Shown in pieces: positions 8,689-17,991 of a DNA stretch of 38,025 nucleotides; the stretch's first letter is position 1; each line of letters begins with the position of its first letter. The stretch covers positions 1 through 38,025 of the forward strand of contig JAFCDT010000008.1 of the NCBI GenBank assembly GCA_017609525.1, read 5' to 3'. Both the position numbers and the translations under genes were made by a program. This DNA comes from Candidatus Woesearchaeota archaeon. GTDB lineage: Archaea > Nanobdellota > Nanobdellia > SCGC-AAA011-G17 > JACPNG01. The notes under the pieces are model-generated. The model did no database searches. It was not told the origin of the DNA and saw only the letters and a program-made list of their open reading frames with translations.

Positions 8689-9462
8689 ATGAAAGAGGCG
8701 ATATTTAGTGATTTAGATGGAACTTTGTTAGATCATAAAACATATTCTTATGTAAAGGCAAAAAAATCTATTAATTTAATAAAAAGAAAAAAAATTCCTT
8801 TGGTTTTTTGTACTAGTAAAACAAGAGCAGAGGTTGAATTTTATAGAAAAAAATTAGGAATTAAAGATCCTTTTATTTCTGAGAATGGGGGAGCTATTTT
8901 TATTCCTAGAAATTATTTTGATTTTAGATATAAATGTAAGAAAGGCAAGTATAATATTATTGAAGTGGGTGTTGGATATCAAGAATTACAAAAAATTGTT
9001 GATAAAATTAAAAGAAAAGGAATAAAGATTATTACCTTTAAAGACCTAACAGCAAAAGAGGTTGCTAAAGATGCTGGCTTAAAGTTAGAAAGAGCAAGAT
9101 TGGCCAAAAAAAGAGAATATGATGTTGTTTTTAAGGTTAATAAAAAAGATATAAAAAAAATAGAAAAAATTGTTAAAAAAAATAAATTAAAATTGTTAAA
9201 AGGGGGGAGGTATTATCATATAAATAAGAGCGATAAAGGAAAGGCAGTAAGAATTTTAACAAAAATGTTAAAAAAGAAAATTGGAAAGATAAAAACAATA
9301 GGTTTTGGTGATTCAGAAAATGATTTTGATATGCTGGACAATGTTGATGTTCCTTATTTGGTCAAAAGGCCAAACAATAAATATAAAAGCAAGAGATATA
9401 ACAAAGCTAATGGGATTGGACCTGTTGGTTTTAATAAAGTTATATTAGAGGTGTTAAAATAG
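8689..9462 (+). CDS. HAD-IIB mannosyl-3-phosphoglycerate phosphatase-like protein
   Basis: FSDLDGTLL, CTSKTRAE, PFISENGGAI, GGRYYH, GDSENDFDML. Confidence 0.85.
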   Translation: MKEAIFSDLDGTLLDHKTYSYVKAKKSINLIKRKKIPLVFCTSKTRAEVEFYRKKLGIKDPFISENGGAIFIPRNYFDFRYKCKKGKYNIIEVGVGYQELQKIVDKIKRKGIKIITFKDLTAKEVAKDAGLKLERARLAKKREYDVVFKVNKKDIKKIEKIVKKNKLKLLKGGRYYHINKSDKGKAVRILTKMLKKKIGKIKTIGFGDSENDFDMLDNVDVPYLVKRPNNKYKSKRYNKANGIGPVGFNKVILEVLK

Positions 9463-10634
9463 TAAATAGGAAAAAAGCAGAACAAATTTATCGGGAGAGT
9501 TTAAAGGTTTTAAAGAAGGTTCAGTTAAAAAATGGTGGTTGTTTAGCGACACCTATCGGAGAGAGATATCCCTATGTTTACCCAAGAGACCATGCCTTTT
9601 GTATTTTGGCATTTAATTCTGCAAAAAAATTTAAAGAAGCTAAAAAAGCCTTAAAATTTATTTTAAAAAGTCAGTTGGATAGCGGGGCATTTCCACAGAG
9701 ATTAAATGAGAAGGGCAAGGACGCTAGCTATAAACCAATACAGATTGATGGTTCTGGTCTAACGATTTATGCTTTTTGTGATTATGTGAAAAAAAGCGGC
9801 GATTTGGCATTCGGTAAAAAACACTGGAATTGTGTTACTAAATTTTTTAAATATGTTAAGTCAGCATTAGATACTGGAAGGGGTTTGGTTTTTACCCCTA
9901 ATTCTGTCCATGAATTTCCTCCCACTGAAGAAGGATTGGAGTTGTGGGCAAATGGTGTTTGTAGTGCGGCTTTTAGAGAAGCTTTTGATGTTTCTAAATT
10001 AATTAAACAAGAGAACGAAGAACTATTGAATATGGCTAATAAAATAAAAGAAGGCATTGATAAATACATGTGGAATTCAAGGGTTAAAGGTTACATTAAA
10101 AACATAAGGTTAAGGGAATCTAGTTCTATTATTGCTCATGTGGATGTGGCTGTTCTGGCTTTATCTGAATTTAATGTTTTTCCTGTAAGTTGGAAGAGGG
10201 TGAGATTAAGCATACAGAGAGTACAAAAATTCCTTTGGAATAAAGAATTAGGAGGAATTTGCAGATATCCAAAATTTGAGGGAAGGAATAATGGCGGATG
10301 GGGTCCATGGCCACACTTTACTTTGATGATGGCTGATTATTTTATCTTTGTCAAGAATAAGAAAAAAGCTGAGAAATATATTAATTGGGTTTTAAAAATA
10401 GCTTATAAGAATAAGCTACCTGAACATCTTGCTACTGTTAAAGAATTTAATGAATATGTTACTGATTTTTCCGAAGCTGCGATTTTAAGACCTGACAGGT
10501 TGACAATGATTGAAAATACTAAAAAAAATCCCCTGTTTAAGAAAGGGATAGCTTATGTTACTTTGCCACTAGCTTGGCCCCATGCCCAGTTTATTATAAC
10601 TTGGAATTTATATAAGAATAAGTTTATAGCTTAA
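9459..10634 (+). CDS. GH15-like (glucoamylase family) glycoside hydrolase; probable ATA start
   Basis: Frame open from 9438; residues upstream of the ORF-track start include NGGCLA..YPYVYPRD (GH15 WxRD region); also QIDG, GGICRY, LPEH, PLAWPHA; GAGGTG SD at 9448-9453 precedes ATA 9459. Confidence 0.8.
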   Translation: MVNRKKAEQIYRESLKVLKKVQLKNGGCLATPIGERYPYVYPRDHAFCILAFNSAKKFKEAKKALKFILKSQLDSGAFPQRLNEKGKDASYKPIQIDGSGLTIYAFCDYVKKSGDLAFGKKHWNCVTKFFKYVKSALDTGRGLVFTPNSVHEFPPTEEGLELWANGVCSAAFREAFDVSKLIKQENEELLNMANKIKEGIDKYMWNSRVKGYIKNIRLRESSSIIAHVDVAVLALSEFNVFPVSWKRVRLSIQRVQKFLWNKELGGICRYPKFEGRNNGGWGPWPHFTLMMADYFIFVKNKKKAEKYINWVLKIAYKNKLPEHLATVKEFNEYVTDFSEAAILRPDRLTMIENTKKNPLFKKGIAYVTLPLAWPHAQFIITWNLYKNKFIA

Positions 10635-12045
10635 GACCGTCTTTTTTTTCTTTTTCACTTATGTATTGCCTATAATCAAATACTTCTTGTTTTTTTGTTT
10701 CAATTAATTTACTAAGCACATCTTCTCCAATTGTATTGCGCAAGACTTCGCTTTTTTCTGCTTCCTCTACTGCTTCACAAAGATCACGTGGAAGAGATTC
10801 TATTTGGATGCCCCTTTCTTCTGCTCTTTTTCTTTCTATCCCTTCATATAAATCAAAGGTCAGCTCTTCTCCTGCAGACCTTTTGTGTTCTATTCCATCT
10901 ATTGATGCACCAATGATCACAGAAAAAGCAAGATAGGGGTTACAAGCAGCATCTGGAGATCTGAGTTCTATTCTCGTAGCTTCTTCCTTTCCTGGCCTGT
11001 ACTCTGGTATTCTTATTAAGGCAGATCTGTTTCGTCTAGCCCACGCAATATAGACTGGAGCTTCACACCCCGGAACCAATCTTTTAAATGAATTTTCCCA
11101 TTGATTAAGAATTAATGTAATTCCCCTTATGTTGTGCTTTATACCCCCAATAATGTGCTTAGTTATCTCAGAAAGACCGCCGTCTTGTCCTTCATCAAAC
11201 ATCACATTATTATCTTTGTTCCAGTACGAGACATGAATATGCATGCCAGAACCATTCTCTGAAGCTAGGGGTTTAGGCATGAAAGTTGCATGAACTCCTG
11301 CTCTGCTTGCTATTTCTTTTACTAACCACTTATAGGTTATTAAGTTATCCGCCATTGTTAATGCATCTTTATATTTAAGATCAATTTCATGTTGAGAAGG
11401 AGCAACTTCATGATGCTCATATTCAACAGGAATGTCCATAGATTCTAATGCAAAGATTGTTAGTTGTCTTAAATTGTCACCATCTCTTAAAAAAGACATA
11501 TCGAAATACCCTTCGTTATCTAATGGCTCTGTACTTTCAGAATCTCTAAAATAAAAATATTCAGCTTCTGGACCTACATTCATCTGAGTTATTCCGTGTT
11601 TTTTTAGTTTTTTTAAATTCTCAATTAAAATATTTCTTGGATCACATTCATAAAGAGATTCATCAGGACTCCTTATTTGTGCAAACATTCTTATTGTTGG
11701 TGATCCCCCTACTTGAAAGGGGAGGAGTTGGGCTGTTTCTATTAGTGGGAGGGCAACCATGTCACTTTCATGTATTCTTCTATAGCCTTCTATTGAAGAA
11801 CCGTCAAAACCCATACCTTGTTCAAAAGCTTTTTTTAGCTCAGAGGGCCTTATTGAAAAGACCTTGAGGTTTCCTAAGAAGTCAGTGAACCAAATTTGGG
11901 TAGAAATTGATTTGCTTTTTACATAGTCTATGAATTCTTTTTGATCTCCTTTAACTTTATGGATTTGAGAAATCTCGATTTCTTCTAGAAGACTTTCAAT
12001 ATTTCCTTTAATCTCTTCTGTCCTTTTTCTGAGAGTATTGTGCAT
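10624..12045 (-). CDS. glnA: glutamine synthetase type I
   Basis: FDGSSIEG, GPEAEYF, HHEVAPSQHEI, ATFMPKP..GSGMH, NRSALIRIP, RIELRSPD. Confidence 0.93.
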   Translation of the reverse strand: MHNTLRKRTEEIKGNIESLLEEIEISQIHKVKGDQKEFIDYVKSKSISTQIWFTDFLGNLKVFSIRPSELKKAFEQGMGFDGSSIEGYRRIHESDMVALPLIETAQLLPFQVGGSPTIRMFAQIRSPDESLYECDPRNILIENLKKLKKHGITQMNVGPEAEYFYFRDSESTEPLDNEGYFDMSFLRDGDNLRQLTIFALESMDIPVEYEHHEVAPSQHEIDLKYKDALTMADNLITYKWLVKEIASRAGVHATFMPKPLASENGSGMHIHVSYWNKDNNVMFDEGQDGGLSEITKHIIGGIKHNIRGITLILNQWENSFKRLVPGCEAPVYIAWARRNRSALIRIPEYRPGKEEATRIELRSPDAACNPYLAFSVIIGASIDGIEHKRSAGEELTFDLYEGIERKRAEERGIQIESLPRDLCEAVEEAEKSEVLRNTIGEDVLSKLIETKKQEVFDYRQYISEKEKKDGLKL

Positions 12046-12074
12046 ATGTAATACTATTTATGGTATTATATAAA
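12046..12074 (-). promoter_or_regulatory. glnA TATA box with overlapping imperfect inverted repeat
   Basis: TTTATATA on minus strand at 12067-12074; ATGTAATACTA-ttta-TGGTATTATAT 12046-12071. Confidence 0.45.
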
Positions 12075-12177
12075 TCTTTTTTATATTTCCTATTACGAAT
12101 ATATATAAAAAGACTGAAAAACTATGTTTTCGTTTAGATTAATGACAATATACTAATCTTTTTTAAACAAATGTAAA

Positions 12178-12621
12178 ATGAAAATTGATGATACTGACCT
12201 AAAAATATTGAATTTTTTAGCAAATAATTCTAGATTGTCTTACAGGCAGATTGCTAAAAACATTGGTTTGAATGTTGTCACAGTAATTAATAGGATGAAA
12301 AAGTTAGAGGAAAATAATATAATAATAAAGTACGGAGTTAATGTGGATTATGAAAAATTGGGATATGATCTAAAGATCTTAATTGATTTAAGGGTGGCTA
12401 AAGGGAAATTATTTGAAGTTGAAAATAAAATAGCTAAGCATCGGAATGTTTTGGCTGTTTATGATGTTACTGGAAATTTTGATGTTTTAATAGTTGCTTG
12501 CTTCAAGAATAGAAAAGCAATGGATAATTTTATAAAAAAGATACAGACTTATGATTTTGTTGAAAGAACAGAAACAAAGCTGGTTTTGAATACTATTAAA
12601 GAAAATTCTTTACTATTTTAA
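12178..12621 (+). CDS. Lrp/AsnC family transcriptional regulator
   Basis: IDDTDLKIL..NSRLSYRQIA HTH; YDVTGNFD RAM domain. Confidence 0.93.
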   Translation: MKIDDTDLKILNFLANNSRLSYRQIAKNIGLNVVTVINRMKKLEENNIIIKYGVNVDYEKLGYDLKILIDLRVAKGKLFEVENKIAKHRNVLAVYDVTGNFDVLIVACFKNRKAMDNFIKKIQTYDFVERTETKLVLNTIKENSLLF

Positions 12622-12659
12622 TTAAGAAGTTTTTTATATCAGCACTTTTTGATTTTTGG

Positions 12660-13367
12660 ATGCTAAAATTAGATTTGCATATCCATACAAGAAGTTTTGT
12701 CAAATGGGAAGGGAATATAACTCCTAAAGAACTAATTGACAGGGCCAGTAAATTGAATTTTGATGTCCTAGCCATAACAGAGCATGCCACTTTAAATAGA
12801 TATGTCAAAGGTGTTAAATTTTTTGATGCTTTAAAAACCTATAGAAATTATAAAGACTATGCTAAACAAAAAGGAATTTTGTTGTTGCCTGGCTTTGAGG
12901 CGCATATTGAAGGCAAGGAGGTTTTGTTTATTGATTGCTTAGAAGATATCAGAAAATACAGGACTTTTGAGAGTTTGTATGATTTGAAGGATAACTGTTT
13001 TATTATTGCACCACATCCTTTTTTGTTTAAGGATTCTTGCTTAAAGGAGAAATTAGTTGAGCATATTAAGTTATTTGATGCCGTTGAGCATACGGCCAGT
13101 TACTTGCCATGGCTTAATAGCAATATCAAAGCAGAAGAAGTTGCCAGAAAATTTGATAAGCCTTTTATTGCTACTTCTGATTCCCACTGGTGGTTTCAGT
13201 TTGGAAGGAATTATAGTTTAGTTGATGCTGAGAAGAATAAGGATGATCTTTTAGAAGCTATAAGAAAGAAAAAGATAAAAAGAGTTATTGATCCTTTAAA
13301 ATTTCATGAGGCCTTGTTTTTTGCTGCTAGGTTTCCATATGCACATTTGATTAAAGAGTTTGAATGA
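12660..13367 (+). CDS. PHP-domain metallophosphoesterase
   Basis: DLHIHT, AITEH, APHPF, SDSH. Confidence 0.88.
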   Translation: MLKLDLHIHTRSFVKWEGNITPKELIDRASKLNFDVLAITEHATLNRYVKGVKFFDALKTYRNYKDYAKQKGILLLPGFEAHIEGKEVLFIDCLEDIRKYRTFESLYDLKDNCFIIAPHPFLFKDSCLKEKLVEHIKLFDAVEHTASYLPWLNSNIKAEEVARKFDKPFIATSDSHWWFQFGRNYSLVDAEKNKDDLLEAIRKKKIKRVIDPLKFHEALFFAARFPYAHLIKEFE

Positions 13368-14777
13368 TTATTTCATATATTTATTTATCAAGGAAGCAGC
13401 TTCTCTTCCATTAATTTTTCCTCTAAATCTTTTCATTACCTCTCCCATTATTGCATTGAATCTTAGATGTTTGTATTTGTTTACTATTTCTTTTATTTCT
13501 TTTTCTAGTTTTTCTTTAGAAACTACTTTGTATTTGTTTATATCAATCTTTTTGTTTTTAGAAATTTCCAATAAAGCCTCAAATACCGCATCTCTTGTTA
13601 TTTTTTTAGAATCAAAATAGGAGAGGATTTCTTCCACATGTTTGTCAAGTACTTTGAGATTATATCTTGATTTGATTTCTTTTGGATATTCTACTAATAC
13701 TTTTGCAATAAATCTCGGATCTGTTTTTGGAAGTTTTTTAACTAGGAATTTAAAGAATTTTTGTTTAGGTACCAGTTCGTTAGCTAGTTGAGAAGAAAGT
13801 TTAAACCCTTTTTCAAGTTTTATTGCCCTTTCTGTTAATAGCTCTGGAATTTTTATTTTTTTAAGCATTGCTGGAGTAATCTCAATTGTTCTAATGTCTG
13901 TTTCTGGGTACAAACGGGCAGAGGTAGACATTGGCCTTAAAAAAGTTGTAGAAAAATCAGGATTTGCTTTTCTTACATGAGGTGTTGTTTTTCTTTTGTC
14001 TTTTATTTGCCTTTTAACTTCTTTTTCAATAACTTTGGGCATTGATCTTAGATCTTGGAAACCTTTTATTTCTACTCTTGGATGCGTTCTTATGTTGATA
14101 TTTACATCTTGTCTTATTGTTCCTATGCCTCTTTTTACTCTTTCTGTGGACCTCAATATCATTCCGAGTATTGAGGCTGTTTCTTTAACATGTTCTGGAT
14201 CTTTTAGGCTTGCATCTGTTGTTATTTCTATTAAAGGAACCCCCAACCTGTCTAAACTATAAACTATTTCTGTTGGTGTTTCTTTTATTTTTTTGGCTGC
14301 CTCTTCCTCTAACATTATTGTTGGAATTCTTACCTTTCCTTTAGAGGTTTCTATTTCTCCATTTGTTGCAATTAATCCTGTTCTCTGAAACCCAGAGGTT
14401 ACTGAGCCGTCTATAATTGTTTTTCTCATAAACTGTATCTTGTCAACTATTTTGGCTTTGAGAAGTAATGCAACCTGTAGTGCGGTTTCTAGGGCATCTT
14501 CGTTGATGTTGTGTGGAGGATCTTCATCTAACTCTACTAGACATGAAGATGTTTTCTTTGCTTCATAAATTACCCATTTGTCCTTTTTTCTTTCGTATTT
14601 AGCGGCCTTGTCTATTTCTTTTGTTTCTCCTTCTACAGCCCTTAATTTTCTTTTTATTATATTTGTTGTAGGATTAGGATCATTAACTAATGAAGGACAA
14701 GAACAGAACAATTTATGCGATTCTAGTTGTTGGTGAATTTCGATTCCTGCTTTAAAACCAAGTCTTTGATAGTTCAT
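13368..14777 (-). CDS. gatE: Glu-tRNA(Gln) amidotransferase subunit E (short form)
   Basis: GIEIHQQL..KLFC, MRKTIIDGSVTSGFQRT, LDRLGVPLIEI, RGIGTIRQDVN, RLYPETD. Confidence 0.93.
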   Translation of the reverse strand: MNYQRLGFKAGIEIHQQLESHKLFCSCPSLVNDPNPTTNIIKRKLRAVEGETKEIDKAAKYERKKDKWVIYEAKKTSSCLVELDEDPPHNINEDALETALQVALLLKAKIVDKIQFMRKTIIDGSVTSGFQRTGLIATNGEIETSKGKVRIPTIMLEEEAAKKIKETPTEIVYSLDRLGVPLIEITTDASLKDPEHVKETASILGMILRSTERVKRGIGTIRQDVNINIRTHPRVEIKGFQDLRSMPKVIEKEVKRQIKDKRKTTPHVRKANPDFSTTFLRPMSTSARLYPETDIRTIEITPAMLKKIKIPELLTERAIKLEKGFKLSSQLANELVPKQKFFKFLVKKLPKTDPRFIAKVLVEYPKEIKSRYNLKVLDKHVEEILSYFDSKKITRDAVFEALLEISKNKKIDINKYKVVSKEKLEKEIKEIVNKYKHLRFNAIMGEVMKRFRGKINGREAASLINKYMK

Positions 14778-15256
14778 TTTGTGAATATCCTCTTTTTAAA
14801 ATCAACTAAGTAATCATGGTCTGGTTTGGGATTATTTACTGTTAATACTTTAAGTTTTTTATTTCCAATATTTACCAGTCTGTGTGCGCTATTTTTGGGA
14901 ATGATGACTGGTTTGTTTGGCTTAAGATCGATAATCTTTGGTTGTTTATCTTGGATTATTAATTTACCTTTGCCATGCACTAGCGCGCATAATTCTGCAC
15001 TTGATTTTTTGTGCTTATGCCCATGTGTCATATGAAATTCCTTACCAATGGTTCCAGGGTTTATTACTGTTAAACCATACTTAACTTTTCCAGATTTTGC
15101 AATAAATCTCTCATAAATTACTGGATTTTCGGTTTTTAGGATTCTTTGGACTTCTCTTTGATTATGATAAACATGTTTTAGACCATGGAGAGTTCTTGTT
15201 AATTTTTCGTCAAATTCTCTTTCTAAATGTTGACAAAGTTTATTTAATTTCATCAT
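14774..15256 (-). CDS. cupin-type glucose-6-phosphate isomerase-like protein
   Basis: GLTVINPGTIGKEFHMTHGHKH..E...GKG...AHRLVNIG, resembling euryarchaeal cupin PGI. Confidence 0.8.
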   Translation of the reverse strand: MMKLNKLCQHLEREFDEKLTRTLHGLKHVYHNQREVQRILKTENPVIYERFIAKSGKVKYGLTVINPGTIGKEFHMTHGHKHKKSSAELCALVHGKGKLIIQDKQPKIIDLKPNKPVIIPKNSAHRLVNIGNKKLKVLTVNNPKPDHDYLVDFKKRIFTK

Positions 15257-16527
15257 ATCCCACTTGGTTGCAATCTTTCGTTTATCTCCCCTTTAAGATT
15301 GGTTACCATTAAATCCTTTATTTTATCTTTGGGATAATTGGCAAGCAACCATGAAAGTTTAATGAATGCTGTTTCTGTTGTCATGTCTTCACAAGGAACA
15401 ACTCCAGCCTCCAATAGTTTTATCCCATTTGAGTAAACATTGAGATTTACTTTTCCAAAGATTGTTTGTGTAGATATTGCCACTATGCATCCTGCCTTAA
15501 CTAGCTTTTTAATTGCATTTAGGATCTTGATATGCTCTTTTGTTCCAACTGGAGCATGGCCTAAACCAGTGCCTTCTATTATTAATCCTTTGTAGTTTTT
15601 ATAAAATAAGAATTGTTTTTCTGACATGTTTGGGTGCACTTTTAATATTGCCACTTTCTCTTCCATTTTTGGTTTTATTTCTAATCCATTCTTTATTGAT
15701 ATTATTGGTTTAAACAAAGTAATTTGCTTTGTCATGTAGTTGATTTTTGCTATTGGTGTGTCATTAACCACTTTAAATGCGTCTCTTCTGGAGCTATGAA
15801 GCTTTCTAGCTTTGGTTCCAGGAAGTATGATGGAGAATGTATCATTAATGGTTTCATGCATGCAAATTGCGACCCCTGTGTAATCTGTTTTTGCTATGAA
15901 TAATGCAGCACAGGTTAAATTCATTGCAGCGTCTGAACTCCCTCTGTCAGATGATCTTTGTGCTCCCACTAATATTACTGGAATTGGACATTTTTTGAGC
16001 ATAAATGATAAAGCTGCAGAAGTGTAATGGAGGGTATCTGTCCCATGAGTTATAATTATCCCTTTTACTCCTTTCTTATATTGTTTTTCGATTTCTTTAA
16101 CTATTTTGATGTAATCTTTAAAACACATGTCTTCAGAAAGCATGTTGCTTATGAATTCTGATTTAATGTTAGCAATTTTTTCCAGTTCTGGAAACATTGC
16201 GACTATTTCTTCTGGTGTAAATCTTGCTATCACTCCTCCTGTTATATAGTCTACTTTGGAAGCAAAAGTTCCCCCTGTGTGTAGGAGAGCAATTGTTGGA
16301 AGATTTTTATGAATTTTAAGCTTCCTGGTTATTGTTTTTTCTTTTTTGTATTTTTTTATTATCTTTACTTTCTTTATTTTTGTTTTTTTAATCCCAATAT
16401 TATATCCTGAATTTAATTTAAGAAAAATGTATTTTTTATCTTTGCTTGGCATTACAATTCCTTTATATTTTTCAGAAGATGTAATCACCTCTATTGTATC
16501 TAAGACGCTATGCTTTGTCATGTTCAT
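15253..16527 (-). CDS. gatD: Glu-tRNA(Gln) amidotransferase subunit D
   Basis: KLNSGYNIG N-domain, TGGTFAS, HGTDT, GAQRSSDRGSSD, GTGLGH. Confidence 0.95.
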   Translation of the reverse strand: MNMTKHSVLDTIEVITSSEKYKGIVMPSKDKKYIFLKLNSGYNIGIKKTKIKKVKIIKKYKKEKTITRKLKIHKNLPTIALLHTGGTFASKVDYITGGVIARFTPEEIVAMFPELEKIANIKSEFISNMLSEDMCFKDYIKIVKEIEKQYKKGVKGIIITHGTDTLHYTSAALSFMLKKCPIPVILVGAQRSSDRGSSDAAMNLTCAALFIAKTDYTGVAICMHETINDTFSIILPGTKARKLHSSRRDAFKVVNDTPIAKINYMTKQITLFKPIISIKNGLEIKPKMEEKVAILKVHPNMSEKQFLFYKNYKGLIIEGTGLGHAPVGTKEHIKILNAIKKLVKAGCIVAISTQTIFGKVNLNVYSNGIKLLEAGVVPCEDMTTETAFIKLSWLLANYPKDKIKDLMVTNLKGEINERLQPSGI

Positions 16528-16591
16528 GGATAATTATGTTGGTTAAATAATTATTTATATACTCTAACATATATATCAATATTAAATAATG

Positions 16592-16876
16592 TTTAAATAG
16601 TAATCTGTTATTTGATTTTTTAGTAAATAAAATAGAATAAGACCGTATCATCATTAATTTGGTTTTGTTTGGCGGCTAAACCAAATATTGGCAGTTGATG
16701 AATTGGTTTCGAATTGAATTTCTCTTTTAAGTTATTTGGAAATATATTCCACTGAAAAAGCTTAACTTGGCGGGATAAACTTTTTCTAAAAAGGAGGGTA
16801 GCAATACTCAAATATAAATTTTATGGTATTGGAGTATATACCTTATTAATTAAAAACAAAAAAGGGGGAAAGATAA
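16592..16876 (+). promoter_or_regulatory. ftsZ promoter and long structured 5' leader (candidate cis-regulatory RNA)
   Basis: TTTAAATA 16592-16599, several hairpins in about 250 nt of non-coding DNA, GGGGG SD-like motif at 16864-16868. Confidence 0.45.
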
Positions 16877-17947
16877 ATGGAATTTATCATACAAAATGCA
16901 ATAGACACACAAAAACAAGAAGGACCCGCTGTGGAGGTTGGTCAGGCAAACATAAAGGTTGTTGGTGCTGGAGGGGCAGGATGTAATGCAGTGAACTGGT
17001 TATATAAAAAAGGCGTTCAAGGTGCTGAGATTGTTGCTATGAATACAGATCAACAGCACTTGAATATAATTAATTCTGATAGAAAGGTTCTGATTGGAGC
17101 AGAACTTACTCGCGGTTTGGGTGCAGGAGGATACCCGAATGTAGGTAGGGAAGCTGCAAAAGAATCTATCAATGAAATCAAAGACTCATTAAAAGATGCA
17201 GATATGGTCTTTATTTGTGCTGGGGAAGGAGGTGGTACTGGTACTGGTGCAGCTCCTGTTATTGCTCAAGTAGCTAAAGACTCTGGAGCTATTGTTATTG
17301 GTACCGTAACTATGCCCTTTGATATTGAGAGGGCAAGAGTTGATAAAGCTGAATTTGGCTTGCAACAATTAAGAGATGTCTGTGATACTGTTATTGTTAT
17401 AGATAACAATAGATTAGTTAGTATTGCAGGAAACTTGCCGGTTGAACAGGCTTTTGCAGTTGCAAATGAGTTGATAAGCACTATGATTAAAGGCATTGTA
17501 GAAACAATTGCTGTGCCTAGCCTAGTAAACTTAGATTACGCAGATGTTAAAGCTATAATGGCTAATGGAGATGTTTCTGTTATTGGAATTGGAGAAAGCG
17601 ATTCTGAGCATAGAGTTGAAGAGGCTGTAAGAAGAGCTTTGACAAATCCATTGCTGGATGTTAGCTATCAAGGCGCAACTGGAGCATTGATACACATAAG
17701 TGGAGGCGCTGATTTATTGCTGGATGAAGTAAGTAAAGTGGGAGATATGGTAACAGAAGCATTAGACGTTGATGCTAATGTAATCTGGGGAGCTAGGATA
17801 CAGGAAGATCTTAAAGGAAAATTAAGAGTTATGACCATAGTTACTGGCGTAAACTCTCCATATATCTTAGGTAAGTCCCGAAGTGGTGAGGTCCACACAG
17901 ATCAGGCAAAACAGATAACTAGTGAACTAGGAATAGATTTGATTTAA
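16877..17947 (+). CDS. ftsZ: cell division protein FtsZ (probably FtsZ2 clade)
   Basis: GAGGAGCN, GGGTGTG tubulin signature, PSLVNLDYAD. Confidence 0.97.
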   Translation: MEFIIQNAIDTQKQEGPAVEVGQANIKVVGAGGAGCNAVNWLYKKGVQGAEIVAMNTDQQHLNIINSDRKVLIGAELTRGLGAGGYPNVGREAAKESINEIKDSLKDADMVFICAGEGGGTGTGAAPVIAQVAKDSGAIVIGTVTMPFDIERARVDKAEFGLQQLRDVCDTVIVIDNNRLVSIAGNLPVEQAFAVANELISTMIKGIVETIAVPSLVNLDYADVKAIMANGDVSVIGIGESDSEHRVEEAVRRALTNPLLDVSYQGATGALIHISGGADLLLDEVSKVGDMVTEALDVDANVIWGARIQEDLKGKLRVMTIVTGVNSPYILGKSRSGEVHTDQAKQITSELGIDLI

Positions 17948-17991
17948 TCTTTATGGGCAGACCCCCCTAAGTGAAAGCCCTTCTTTGTTTT

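Noticed and set aside
16691-16722. Hammerhead-like TTGATGA...GAAT core in the ftsZ leader
   Set aside because: Does not match the CUGANGA/GAAA consensus and the flanking stems are not convincing
16620-16811. 63-aa minus-strand ORF upstream of gatD
   Set aside because: TTG start, no recognisable motif, and gatD has its own TATA box at about 16553-16560
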